64,000 bases of DNA, from positions 46,946 through 110,945 of the IMG/VR virus record IMGVR_UViG_3300023176_007894. The stretch is one strand, 5' to 3'. The notes below the pieces were generated by a model. The model was not told the origin of the DNA, searched no databases, and saw only the letters and a program-made list of their open reading frames with translations. The translations under genes and the position numbers were made by a program. Within the stretch, counting starts at the first letter, position 1. Each line of letters starts with the position of its first letter. Shown here one piece after another: positions 9,748 through 19,843 of this stretch. The stretch is from a virus.

Positions 9748-12207
9748 ATGAATATCAAAGTAAAAAAAAGAAACGGTAGACTTCAGGAGTTTAATGTAGA
9801 AAAAATTAATGCAAATGTTGAGCGTGCATGCGACTCAATTGATGACGTGTCTGTTAGCGAAATAGTGCTTGATGCTCAGCTTCAATTGTATGATAAAATT
9901 ACTACTAGCGAAATTGACAAGGCCTTAATCTTAAGTGCGCGCGAAAAAATTGAAAAGGAGCCGAATTATAGCTATGCAGCAGGCAGGTTGCTGCTGAATA
10001 CGGTATACAAGGAGGTTTTTAAAGAGGGTGTTGATTCTGACATCTTCAGGCTTCAATATAGGAAGAGCTTCATTCAGGGTATTAAAAAATTAGTGGATTG
10101 CAATAGGCTTAGCCCTAGAATGCTCGAGTTTGATTTGCAAAAGTTATCTGAAGCAATAAAAATTAGAAGGGATCTCAGGTTTAAATATCTTGGAATACAA
10201 ATTTTGACAGATAGATATTTTATAAGAGAAGATGGTAAAATTATGGAGGCGCCGCAGTCTTTTTGGATGAGGGTTGCCATGGGGCTAGCCCTAGACGAAG
10301 AAGACAAAGATCAAAAGGCTATTGAGTTTTATGATTTATTTAGCAAGTTTTTGTATACTTCTTCAACTCCAACTCTTTTTAACAGCGGAACAATTAGGTC
10401 TCAGCTGAGCTCTTGCTATCTTAATACTTTTGATGACAGTATTGACGGCATCTTTGACGGTGCTTGGCAAGAAGCTAGAAAATCTAAATATGCAGGGGGT
10501 TTGGGTCTAGACGTTACTCCGTTTAGATCTACAGGGTCTCATATTCAAGGGACTAATGGAATATCAAGTGGATTGGTTCCTTGGTTAAAGATATTTAATG
10601 ACCTATTGGTCGCAGTTAATCAGGGCGGAAAAAGACCTGGTGCGGGCTGTGCGTATCTTGAGCCTTGGCATTTAGATTTTGAAGACTTTCTAAACTTAAG
10701 AAGGAATACCGGAGACGATAGATTAAGGTGTCATGATATGAACACTGCATCTTGGATTCCCGACGAATTTATGCGAAGAGTTCAAAATGAAGGTGATTGG
10801 TATTTTTTCGACCCCAGAGAGGCAGATTTACATGATTGTTTTGGAGAGGAATTCGATAAAAGATACAATGAATTAATTGATCTTGCCGAAAATGGTCATA
10901 TCGATAATTGGAGGAAGATGCCCGCAAAAGAACTTTGGAAAAAAATGCTTAAGGTATTATTTGAGACCTCTCATCCGTGGAACACTTTCAAGGATCCGTG
11001 CAATATTAGATATACAAATCAGCACGAGGGTATTGTGCATAGTAGTAACTTATGCACTGAAATTACGCTTCACACAAAGTCCTCAAAGTACGATAAGGGA
11101 GAAAAAACCGAGATTGGAGAAACCGCAGTCTGTAATCTCGGGTCAATTAATTTATTAAACCATCTGAATGAAGATGGTAATGATATTGATTACATTAAGC
11201 TCGAAAAAACAATTCACACTGCAATTAGAATGCTTGACAATGTGATTGACTTAAATTTTTATCCAACAGCAGAAGCTTCTAAATCAAATTTAAGAAACAG
11301 ACCTATAGGGTTGGGACTTATGGGTCTACACGATGTATTGCATGTTAAAAATATTCAAATTGACAGTGATGAAGCTGTAGAATTTAGCGATAAACTATTT
11401 GAGTTCTATTCAATGCATGCTATATATGCAAGCTCTATTTTGGCTAAAGAGCGTGGCTCATATCAAACCTACGAAGGATCTCTTTGGCATGGCGGAGTTT
11501 TCCCAATAGATTCTTACAATAATCTCATGGTTTACAGAGGTAAGCAAGAGGTGCCCGAAGAGTCAGTTACGGGTAAACCCTTAACCGGAAAAGGGCAGAC
11601 TCTTAAAGAATGGCAAAAAGTAAGGGTTCATGTAAATAAGCACGGTATGAGAAACTCAAATGTTATGGCTATTGCCCCAACAGCCACTATTGGATATATC
11701 AATGGCATTGAGCAAAGCATAGAGCCAAATTTTTCTGTATTATTTGTATATGAAAATAAAAGCGGCAATTTCTTTATAACGAATGAGCATTTTATTAATG
11801 ATATGAAGAATGCAGGTTTGTGGAATAGTGAGGTTGCAAAGCTAGTTAAAAATGTTGATGGAGATCTTTCATTATTGAATGGCGATATCCCATCAGAATT
11901 AAAAGAAAAATATAAAACGGCTTTTGACAGAGATATGTTCAAATTGATTGAAGCTAATGCGGCAAGACAAAAATGGATGGATCAATCTATAAGTTTTAAT
12001 TTATACAACAAGTCTACTTCATTAAAATATTTAAATGACATTTATATGGCTTGCTGGGAAGCTGGGCTAAAAACTACATATTATTTAAGAAACCGTGCGG
12101 CATCTAAGGTAGAAAAATCTCACGAAGATAAACCTAAGAGCGAAGAAGCAACCGCATGCAGTATTGAGGCAATGAAGAATGGTGGTATTTGCGAAAGCTG
12201 TCAGTGA
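9748..12207 (+). CDS. nrdA: Ribonucleotide reductase class I alpha subunit with ATP cone
   Basis: VKKRNG ATP cone, TPTLFNSG, SSCY, SNLCTEI, VCNLGS, APTAT, LKTTYYLR and C-terminal CESCQ. Confidence 0.96.
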   Translation: MNIKVKKRNGRLQEFNVEKINANVERACDSIDDVSVSEIVLDAQLQLYDKITTSEIDKALILSAREKIEKEPNYSYAAGRLLLNTVYKEVFKEGVDSDIFRLQYRKSFIQGIKKLVDCNRLSPRMLEFDLQKLSEAIKIRRDLRFKYLGIQILTDRYFIREDGKIMEAPQSFWMRVAMGLALDEEDKDQKAIEFYDLFSKFLYTSSTPTLFNSGTIRSQLSSCYLNTFDDSIDGIFDGAWQEARKSKYAGGLGLDVTPFRSTGSHIQGTNGISSGLVPWLKIFNDLLVAVNQGGKRPGAGCAYLEPWHLDFEDFLNLRRNTGDDRLRCHDMNTASWIPDEFMRRVQNEGDWYFFDPREADLHDCFGEEFDKRYNELIDLAENGHIDNWRKMPAKELWKKMLKVLFETSHPWNTFKDPCNIRYTNQHEGIVHSSNLCTEITLHTKSSKYDKGEKTEIGETAVCNLGSINLLNHLNEDGNDIDYIKLEKTIHTAIRMLDNVIDLNFYPTAEASKSNLRNRPIGLGLMGLHDVLHVKNIQIDSDEAVEFSDKLFEFYSMHAIYASSILAKERGSYQTYEGSLWHGGVFPIDSYNNLMVYRGKQEVPEESVTGKPLTGKGQTLKEWQKVRVHVNKHGMRNSNVMAIAPTATIGYINGIEQSIEPNFSVLFVYENKSGNFFITNEHFINDMKNAGLWNSEVAKLVKNVDGDLSLLNGDIPSELKEKYKTAFDRDMFKLIEANAARQKWMDQSISFNLYNKSTSLKYLNDIYMACWEAGLKTTYYLRNRAASKVEKSHEDKPKSEEATACSIEAMKNGGICESCQ

Positions 12208-12482
12208 TGGCAACCAAGGAAAAATATTTTAAATCATATCAGGAAAGTTTGCTTCGCGCAAACTTGATTAGAAAAGAGCTAATGTTCTTATATTCAGATA
12301 TAGAGTCAAGGAATTATTTTAAGAATAGAAAAAATGCCGAAACTGCATATATAGCAACTATAGAACAGTTGATTAACAAGGGATACGCATATCTCAGCCT
12401 TAATCCTGAGTCAAAAACTACAATACAGGTATCATTAGATATCGAAAAATACTCAAACATATTAAAAAACTTAAAGTCATGA
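12207..12482 (+). CDS. Hypothetical protein between nrdA and nrdB
   Basis: 91-aa ORF whose ATG overlaps the nrdA stop (TGATG). Confidence 0.5.
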   Translation: MATKEKYFKSYQESLLRANLIRKELMFLYSDIESRNYFKNRKNAETAYIATIEQLINKGYAYLSLNPESKTTIQVSLDIEKYSNILKNLKS

Positions 12483-12490
12483 ACTAAATC

Positions 12491-12519
12491 TTGACTTTTG
12501 TCGTTATATATGTTATAAA
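12491..12519 (+). promoter_or_regulatory. sigma70 promoter of nrdB (leaderless)
   Basis: TTGACT-17-TATAAA with extended TG; ATG 7 nt downstream at 12527. Confidence 0.65.
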
Positions 12520-12526
12520 TATATCT

Positions 12527-13540
12527 ATGAATGATAAAACAGGAGAACTTCTCACAAACAATATCGCTGGTGTAAATAGGATCTTACCTCATAAACACAA
12601 ATTTGCATGGGATTTATTTTTAAAAAGTTGCGCAAACAATTGGATGCCTACTGAGATCAGTATGCAAAATGATATTAAACAATGGAAAAATGATGAAATT
12701 TCAGAGGATGAAAAATTACTTGTTAAACGTTGTCTTGGATTTTTTGCTGGAAGTGAGTCTTTGGTTGGTAATAATCTTTTGCTTTCTGCCTTTAAATATG
12801 TCACGGACGCTGAGTGCCGCCAGTACATCTTGCGTCAAGCTTTTGAAGAGAGTCTTCACAACCTTACGGTAGTATATGTTTGCGACAGTTTAGACTTAGA
12901 TATCGAAGAGGTTTTTGCTGCTTACGAAACCATACCGAGCATCAAAGCAAAGGATGATTTCTTGATGAGTATAACCAATGATATTAGCAGGCAGGATTTT
13001 AATCCCCATACAAAAACAGGAAAACAAGAAATCTTAAGAAACTTTTTAACATATTGGATTGTCTGCGAAGGAACATTTTTCTTTAGCGGGTTTGCAATGC
13101 TCTTGGCTCTCGGAAGACAAAACAAACTTCAGGGAATTTCTGATCAGATTAAATATACCTTGAGAGACGAAAGTTCTCATATCGCATTTGGAACATATTT
13201 AATTAATACATTAATCGAGCAAAATCCATCTATATGGACAAAAGCAATTCAGGAAGAATTTGTAGAGCACATGAAAAAAGCCGTAGAGCTCGAAATAGAA
13301 TATGCTCATGATGTGCTGCCCACAGGTATTCTTGGTCTAAACGCCGATATGTTTGTTGATTATATGCATTATATTGGTAATCGCAGGCTCGAAGCAATTG
13401 GATTGGATTACAGATTTCCAAGCGACAAAAATCCGTTTCCTTGGCTAAGTGAAGTTGTAGATGTTCAGGCTATGGGTAACTTTTTTGAACGCAGGGTTCG
13501 AGAATACCAGCAAAGTGGCGCTTTAGAAGACGATTTTTAA
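12527..13540 (+). CDS. nrdB: Ribonucleotide reductase beta subunit with class Ic-like signature
   Basis: FFAGSESLV, EESLH, CEGTFFFSGF, DESSH and NFFERRVREY. Confidence 0.95.
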   Translation: MNDKTGELLTNNIAGVNRILPHKHKFAWDLFLKSCANNWMPTEISMQNDIKQWKNDEISEDEKLLVKRCLGFFAGSESLVGNNLLLSAFKYVTDAECRQYILRQAFEESLHNLTVVYVCDSLDLDIEEVFAAYETIPSIKAKDDFLMSITNDISRQDFNPHTKTGKQEILRNFLTYWIVCEGTFFFSGFAMLLALGRQNKLQGISDQIKYTLRDESSHIAFGTYLINTLIEQNPSIWTKAIQEEFVEHMKKAVELEIEYAHDVLPTGILGLNADMFVDYMHYIGNRRLEAIGLDYRFPSDKNPFPWLSEVVDVQAMGNFFERRVREYQQSGALEDDF

Positions 13541-13544
13541 ATTA

Positions 13545-14816
13545 TTAAAGCAAGCTATACAATGGAGGCTCTCCATTGGAAATTTTAAAAGGTCTGCCGC
13601 TAGGAGAAAATAAAGTTTTAGATAAGCTTAATCCCATAGCATAAGCAATAGTTGCATTAATAGATTCTATGCCAACTCCATTTTCCTCAACATAATGTCC
13701 ACGCTTATCGGATTGCCCATATACTTGTCCGCCTTTAATTCCTCCTCCTGCAAAGAGCGCACTAAAAGAAGATGGATGATGATCTCTACCGTTTCTTCCC
13801 GATTTAATCTCTGGAGTTCTTCCAAATTCGCTAGCTACAACAACCATTGTGTCATTAAGTAGCCCTCTTGTATTTAAATCTTCGAGGAGCGCACTTAACC
13901 CTGAATCTAAGGTTGTAGCTTTGTCTTCTAGTGATCCAAAAACATCATTATGCATGTCCCATCCTCCATAAACAACCTCGACAAATCTCACTTTACTCTC
14001 TACTAATCTGCGAGCGAGCAAACAGCCTTGTCCGAAATTATTTTGTCCATATTTTTCTCTAATGGATTCTGGTTCTTTAGTTAAATCAAATGCATCAAGA
14101 TCTTTGCTCTTCATCAGTTTGATTGCATTATCGTAAAGATCGGAGTATGCTCGAATTTGTTTTTGAGGAAAAGATTTTCCGAAAGATTGATTAAATGATT
14201 TTGCAATATCAGTTCTTTGTTTATATGTTTCTTCGTCAAGATATGAGCTTTTTTTAATATTTTGAATACCTGCATTAGGGTTGCCTAATGGAAGTGGTCC
14301 ATATTTGCTCTCTAAAAATCCTGCCCCTAAAATTCCGCTTCCACCATTAATTTTAACATTATCTGGAAGAGTAAGGTTCAGTTTTTGAGACATTCTGCTA
14401 ACCCAGCTGCCCATGCTAGGATGAATAATTGTTCCTCGTTTTTGGTAAGAGGTGTGAAGTAAATAATTAGCTTGCTCGTGCGCACCTTGGTTTGTGTTTA
14501 TTGATCTAACTAGTGAAGCTAAATGCATTTGCTTAGATGTTTTAGGTAACCAGTGACCAAGCTGAATTCCGTCTGCAGAGGTATTAATAGCATTAGTTTC
14601 TCCCATAACGTCTTTGTTTTCGGGTTTTGGGTCAAATGTATCTATGTGGGTCATACCTCCAGCCATGTATAAAAATATAATATGCCTTGCCGTTGGTGTC
14701 CTTTTGGGTTGCTCTGATACTCCAAGCAGTTCTGAAGCGCTAAAAATTGCATTAACTCCGAGTAGAGATCCAGCTAGTTGCTTTGCAAAAATTCTTCGTG
14801 AAGATTGATTATTCAT
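13545..14816 (-). CDS. DUF1501 family protein, Tat signal
   Basis: SRRIFAK Tat motif; YMAGGMTHIDTFDPKP, GWDMH, SEFGRTP, GRDHHP, AGGGIKGG. Confidence 0.9.
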   Translation of the reverse strand: MNNQSSRRIFAKQLAGSLLGVNAIFSASELLGVSEQPKRTPTARHIIFLYMAGGMTHIDTFDPKPENKDVMGETNAINTSADGIQLGHWLPKTSKQMHLASLVRSINTNQGAHEQANYLLHTSYQKRGTIIHPSMGSWVSRMSQKLNLTLPDNVKINGGSGILGAGFLESKYGPLPLGNPNAGIQNIKKSSYLDEETYKQRTDIAKSFNQSFGKSFPQKQIRAYSDLYDNAIKLMKSKDLDAFDLTKEPESIREKYGQNNFGQGCLLARRLVESKVRFVEVVYGGWDMHNDVFGSLEDKATTLDSGLSALLEDLNTRGLLNDTMVVVASEFGRTPEIKSGRNGRDHHPSSFSALFAGGGIKGGQVYGQSDKRGHYVEENGVGIESINATIAYAMGLSLSKTLFSPSGRPFKISNGEPPLYSLL

Positions 14817-14825
14817 ATAAAGGTA

Positions 14826-14830
14826 TACAC
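14826..14830 (-). promoter_or_regulatory. GTGTA putative late promoter (DUF1501)
   Basis: 9 nt before ATG 14816. Confidence 0.6.
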
Positions 14831-16108
14831 TTATTTGATTAATTCTTCAATGACTCTGCCTCCGTCAACAATTTCCATAGGTCTATCACCAGGAGCCATC
14901 AACTCTTTATCTGCATTTATTCCAATTTGATTGTAAACTGTTTTTGCATAATCCATTGGTGAAACGGGATTATCTTCTACGGTGGTTGCAAAAGCATCAC
15001 TAGATCCATAAACAAAGCCTTGTTTGATTCCTCCTCCGGCAAGAACGCTACTGAAAACTCTGGGCCAATGGTCTCGGCCAGCATCTTTATTAATTTTAGG
15101 AGTTCTTCCAAATTCACTATTCACCATCACTAGGGTGCTCTCGAGAAGACCTCGATCATCTAAATCAGAAATAAGAGATGCTAGCGCTTGGTCGAGAATT
15201 GAACCCTGCGTGCTGAATGCGTTTTCTATATTTTGATGATGATCCCAGCCTCCATAGGTTAATGTTACCAATCTGACTCCTGCCTCAACAAGCCTTCTTG
15301 CCAAAAGCATTCTCATGCCAGCTTGATTTTTGCCATATTTTTCTTTAATTGACTCGCTTTCTTTTGATATATCAAAGGCTTCTCTAGCTTTAGGGCTGCT
15401 TATCATTTGGTATGCATTTTGATAAAATGTATCCATTGAAGATAATGCATCACTTTTTTCGAAAGAATTAAAATCTGATTCTATCATCTGTAAAAGACTT
15501 CTTCTTGAAGAAAATCTATTAAAGTCAATTCCTCCTGGAAGCTCTAGGTCTCTGACTTTAAAGTTAGAGTTGGCGGGGTCGCTTCCAAGGCTAAAGGGAG
15601 AATATCTAGAGCTTAGATAACCAGAGCCTGCATACTGATTGGGCTGATTAGGAATGCAAACGTAAGGTGGTAAATTTTCTCTGCCTCCTAATTCGTGAGA
15701 TATAACAGAACCATAACTTGGATACTGTATCGCTGGGCTAGGCTTGTGGCCATTGAACATATTATGCGTGCCTCTTTCATGCGCTGCTTCTCCATGGGTT
15801 AGGCTTCTTACTACAGATATTTTATCTGCAATGTTGGCCATGTTTTTCATATTTTCGCTAAATTGAATACCTGGAATTTTTGTATCAATTGCCGAGAATG
15901 GTCCTCTGTATTCAAGCGGAGCATATGGTTTAGGATCCCAAGATTCTTGATGCGCCATTCCTCCTGGTAGATATATATGTATAATTGATTTTGCAGGCCC
16001 ATCTATTGTTGGGTAATATTTTGCTTTTGCAATAGATTCTTGTTCAAGTAAATATGGAAGTGAAAGAATGCCTGCGCTTCCTATTTTAATAAAGTTTTTT
16101 CTATTCAT
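14831..16108 (-). CDS. DUF1501 family protein (second subtype)
   Basis: NRKNFIK Tat-like motif; LPGGMAHQESWDPKP, GWDHH, SEFGRTP, GRDHWP. Confidence 0.9.
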   Translation of the reverse strand: MNRKNFIKIGSAGILSLPYLLEQESIAKAKYYPTIDGPAKSIIHIYLPGGMAHQESWDPKPYAPLEYRGPFSAIDTKIPGIQFSENMKNMANIADKISVVRSLTHGEAAHERGTHNMFNGHKPSPAIQYPSYGSVISHELGGRENLPPYVCIPNQPNQYAGSGYLSSRYSPFSLGSDPANSNFKVRDLELPGGIDFNRFSSRRSLLQMIESDFNSFEKSDALSSMDTFYQNAYQMISSPKAREAFDISKESESIKEKYGKNQAGMRMLLARRLVEAGVRLVTLTYGGWDHHQNIENAFSTQGSILDQALASLISDLDDRGLLESTLVMVNSEFGRTPKINKDAGRDHWPRVFSSVLAGGGIKQGFVYGSSDAFATTVEDNPVSPMDYAKTVYNQIGINADKELMAPGDRPMEIVDGGRVIEELIK

Positions 16109-18141
16109 TGTATAAATATAAATTCATGAGTGTTTAATAATATCCAAGATACATGTTTAAATCCATTTTTTTTATCTATAATGGGCTTTAACTCTTTTAG
16201 CTCTTTTGGGTTTGGTTGACGACCTAATATTGATAAGAATGCACTAACAATCTGATCGTTGATTGTTTTTTCTCCTTCAATAAATTTCATAAAATCTGCA
16301 TTTTTATTGTTTAGTATATTTTTTTCAACAAAACCGTTTAATAAATTTAAGACTTGAGTTGTGTTTGGCTCAAAGTTGCTGTTTTCGATTTGCTCTTTAT
16401 CGCTTCCCCCAAATTGTCTTATCAGGTGTCCTCCTGGGGCTGGATATGGTAAGTAGCTACTTCGTATTAAGGATTTGTCTTTAAATTTTTTATTATCATT
16501 TTTTTCTTCTGATAATATCTGTAATAAATTTCGATTTTCTGGATGCATTTCGACAAGTCTTTTGAAGTCGTTATATATTGCTGTAGAGTTTAAGTCTTTG
16601 TATCTATTGTAAATGATTGAGTAGTCTTGATTATTTTGAATATAGAGTCTTTCTTTGGAGTCGATATTATTATATACTAGCGTAACTAAAGAGTCCCAGA
16701 TTTGTTCGCCAGTCATTCTGCGCAATGGGGGTCCGGCGAAATGAAAATTTTCAATACTGGCGAAGTCTTCCTTGAAGCTTTTGCGCGAAAAAAGATCTGT
16801 GCTTAAAAGTATCCTTTTGAATTCTTTGGTGTCAAAGTCTAGGCTTATTATCAATTTTTCAATGAACTTTAATAACTCTGGGTTGCTTGCAATTGTTTCA
16901 TCGGTCATGGTGTCGATTGGTTCAATTAATCCAATTCCGAAAATTCTTTTCCATAATCTGTTGCTAATAACTGTTGCAAATCTTGGATTGTCTTCGCTTG
17001 TGATCCAATTCGCAAAAATAATTCTGCTATTATCATTATCTTTTGGTAATGAAATATTTGGAGTAAATATTGATTTAGCGTAAACCAAATCTCCTGGATC
17101 GCCATCGCTCTCTGCAAAATCTTTAGGAAGTTTGATTTTCCCTGTGCCGTTGTTCTCTATTCCAAATTGCAGGGAATCTCTAACTTGGTTTCTCCAGTTA
17201 TTAAAAAGTCCTGATTTGGGATCTCCATCTGTTTGTATTGCCCTGCTTAATTTACCGATTTTTTTACTTTGTTCGTTAATTCTTACTGCCCCAATGCCTG
17301 ATGTAAAAGCCGTCATTTCATAAAATTGTTTTTGAGTCCATTTATCAAACGGGTGATTGTGGCACATTGCGCACTGAAGTCTTGTTCCTAGGAATATTCT
17401 AATTGTATGCGATAAATGATCTGGCTGCATGCCTCTGTCTCTGAGGTAAAAACTGATTGCGGCACTATCATTTCCGCCGTACAGTTCACCGTTACTAGCT
17501 ATCAAATCTCTGACCATTTCGTCATATGGCTGATTTGATTCTAGACTCCTGCGAATCCATTGTCTGTATGCAACCCCGAGATTAATGTTGGTTCCGTCTA
17601 GTCTGTCTTTTATTCTTAGCAGGTCGCTTAACCAGTTTAATTCATTATTTATGTATCCAGGGTGATCTAATAATTCTTTTATTAATTTTTGTTTTTTCTT
17701 CGGGTCTCTACTCTCGGTATACTTAGTGAGTTCGTTTTGAGTTGGAATGCGCCCTAATATGGTTAAATATATTCTTCTTGTAAATTCATAATCATCTGTT
17801 TTTTGCGTTTTAGAAACTTTGAGCGTTTTGAGTTTTGCATTTACTAAGGAATCAATGTGGCTTGCAAAAATTGCTATAGATTTTTCATTAACAGGGGTTG
17901 GTAATTTTTTTAGGCCGCCATGTCTATTTGTGGCATGGTAAAGCTCAACTAAATTTTGAGTTTCAAGCGTAAAAAAACTAATCGGTACTCGAAAAAGCTG
18001 TAGGTCGCTTTCTTTCTTTAATAATACATGTGTCGCGTTCGCTTCGATAATTTGTGCCTTTATTACGCGTCCGTCTTTGTATACTATATCTCCGCCGAAA
18101 CAAAGCAGGGAAGAGGTTAAAAATAATAATAAATGTTTCAT
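16105..18141 (-). CDS. DUF1549/DUF1553 (PSCyt2/PSD1) protein with CxxCH haem motif
   Basis: Signal peptide MKHLLLFLTSSLLCFG; FTRRIYLTILGRIPT, FLGTRLQCAMCHNHPFDKW, NRLWKRIFGIGL, RRMTGEQIWDS, LLNTHEFIF. Confidence 0.88.
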   Translation of the reverse strand: MKHLLLFLTSSLLCFGGDIVYKDGRVIKAQIIEANATHVLLKKESDLQLFRVPISFFTLETQNLVELYHATNRHGGLKKLPTPVNEKSIAIFASHIDSLVNAKLKTLKVSKTQKTDDYEFTRRIYLTILGRIPTQNELTKYTESRDPKKKQKLIKELLDHPGYINNELNWLSDLLRIKDRLDGTNINLGVAYRQWIRRSLESNQPYDEMVRDLIASNGELYGGNDSAAISFYLRDRGMQPDHLSHTIRIFLGTRLQCAMCHNHPFDKWTQKQFYEMTAFTSGIGAVRINEQSKKIGKLSRAIQTDGDPKSGLFNNWRNQVRDSLQFGIENNGTGKIKLPKDFAESDGDPGDLVYAKSIFTPNISLPKDNDNSRIIFANWITSEDNPRFATVISNRLWKRIFGIGLIEPIDTMTDETIASNPELLKFIEKLIISLDFDTKEFKRILLSTDLFSRKSFKEDFASIENFHFAGPPLRRMTGEQIWDSLVTLVYNNIDSKERLYIQNNQDYSIIYNRYKDLNSTAIYNDFKRLVEMHPENRNLLQILSEEKNDNKKFKDKSLIRSSYLPYPAPGGHLIRQFGGSDKEQIENSNFEPNTTQVLNLLNGFVEKNILNNKNADFMKFIEGEKTINDQIVSAFLSILGRQPNPKELKELKPIIDKKNGFKHVSWILLNTHEFIFIQ

Positions 18142-18142
18142 G

Positions 18143-19807
18143 TTATTGTTTGATATGTTTTCCGTCTGTAAGTCCTGCGCTGTATGCATTTAAATCTATG
18201 CCAACTTTTTTACTTGCATCGAAAATTAATTTTAAATAATACTCTGGCGATCCATTGTCTTGCGCATGATATTCATCGCTAAAAACAATTCCGCTTTTGT
18301 TTTTTATTTCTGATCTATTTTCCAAGAAATGGTATTTTTTGAGATTATCGTCTTTGAGGTAACCTTGTCCTTGCCAAGCGTTTTCGACAAATTCTTTAAA
18401 AGATCTTGAAAATACTTTGTCTCCAACTTGAAACATAATTCCTCTATATAAGCCTTTATGTGAATCCAGTTTTGATTTAAGTTGGTTAAGATCTTTTGTA
18501 TAATTTTCTTCGGGGTTCTTGTTGAAATTTGGCAAATGGTAGGAAGGTTGAGCTTCATCTTGAAAAACAAAAGCCAAAACATTGTCTTTGTCTGCAGCTT
18601 GCGAAAAAAATCGAAGCGTTCTTTCTCCTGAGCTATCTATTATGCTGACTCTTTTAGAATAAAGAGATTCGTCATTGTTATAATATGGAAGAAGCGCATC
18701 TTTAAGTATTGTGTTTTTCATAATCTCGAGCTGCTTTCTTGTTTTTAATATACTTCCACTACCATCGACATGCATCATGATGTGAAGCTGGCCATTCTTT
18801 GGCAGGTCTTTGTAGTAGACTCCACCATTGCCCCCACCTAATCCGTAGCCATTTTTTTTCCCAATTCCTAATTTTTCAATGATATATCCTTGTGTTAGTC
18901 CAGCTGCACCTCCTGCACCAGCTCCTCCTATTAATCCTCCGACTCCACTTGATTCATATAGCTCCGAAGTTTGATCATTGTATCCAGAACCAATGCCTCC
19001 TAGTGCAGGAACAGCTTTGCCGTTTGACATGGCTTCACCTATTCCTGCGCTTAACCCAGCTCCTGATCCTGCGCCTGCGCCTATTGCAGAAGAGCCGATT
19101 CCTGCCCCTACTCCCTGACTTGGGTAATTATATGCATAAAGTTCTCCAGCCTTTGACGATTTAGAATTTTTTATTTCTCCACTATTTAATTTAAAATCTC
19201 CGAGCTCTGAATTATCTTGGTCGGGAACTAAATTCATTTGTGAAAAATCAACACCCGCACTATCTTCGTTATTTCTTTTTTTATTTAAATTGTTTTGGGC
19301 TATGTTTTTATCTTCAAGGCCAATATCTTTGAGCCTCCTATTTAGTAGTCCAGGATCGGCTTCGATTGACTCTATAGAATTGCCAACCACATCATGACGA
19401 CGATGGCCAAAATTAACATTATCTCTAGTATGAATTGAATTTTCATTTAAAATTGTATTGTTGGTTCTTAAATTTATATCATCAGTATATACAGTGCCAC
19501 TATAATCTTTTGTGTTTATTGTTGATATTGCTCTGCTGTTATATACATGTTCTTCATTTGCCTGTTTTTCTCGTATGGATCCATGTAAATAATCTTTATA
19601 TATAATATCTTTATTTTCATGAATTATTCTATCAACATATACTATTTCTTTGGAAAAATTTGATTCGTGCTTTGATTGATCTCTCTCGACAAAATCAATT
19701 GATTCGTTAGGGGATTTTGTAATTAATGAAATTATCAGTATAAGAAATAAGATAAAAATAATGTATGCAGAAATAAGATTTGAGAGCGCGACGTTTTTGT
19801 TTTTCAT
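18143..19807 (-). CDS. Membrane-anchored Gly-rich protein with C-terminal vWA-like domain
   Basis: N-terminal TM helix, long Gly-rich linker and MIDAS-like DxSxS (HVDGSGS). Confidence 0.6.
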   Translation of the reverse strand: MKNKNVALSNLISAYIIFILFLILIISLITKSPNESIDFVERDQSKHESNFSKEIVYVDRIIHENKDIIYKDYLHGSIREKQANEEHVYNSRAISTINTKDYSGTVYTDDINLRTNNTILNENSIHTRDNVNFGHRRHDVVGNSIESIEADPGLLNRRLKDIGLEDKNIAQNNLNKKRNNEDSAGVDFSQMNLVPDQDNSELGDFKLNSGEIKNSKSSKAGELYAYNYPSQGVGAGIGSSAIGAGAGSGAGLSAGIGEAMSNGKAVPALGGIGSGYNDQTSELYESSGVGGLIGGAGAGGAAGLTQGYIIEKLGIGKKNGYGLGGGNGGVYYKDLPKNGQLHIMMHVDGSGSILKTRKQLEIMKNTILKDALLPYYNNDESLYSKRVSIIDSSGERTLRFFSQAADKDNVLAFVFQDEAQPSYHLPNFNKNPEENYTKDLNQLKSKLDSHKGLYRGIMFQVGDKVFSRSFKEFVENAWQGQGYLKDDNLKKYHFLENRSEIKNKSGIVFSDEYHAQDNGSPEYYLKLIFDASKKVGIDLNAYSAGLTDGKHIKQ

Positions 19808-19838
19808 GATTTAAATGGTAGCTTTCGGAACAATTATT

Positions 19839-19843
19839 TACAC
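19839..19843 (-). promoter_or_regulatory. GTGTA putative late promoter (vWA-PSD1-DUF1501 operon)
   Basis: Directly after the terminator T-run; 31 nt before ATG 19807. Confidence 0.55.

Noticed and set aside
5181-13540. Inteins or self-splicing introns in dnaE, nrdA or nrdB
   Set aside because: The ORFs are continuous with ordinary lengths, and no intein or homing-endonuclease motifs were seen. The ORF between nrdA and nrdB has no nuclease motif.
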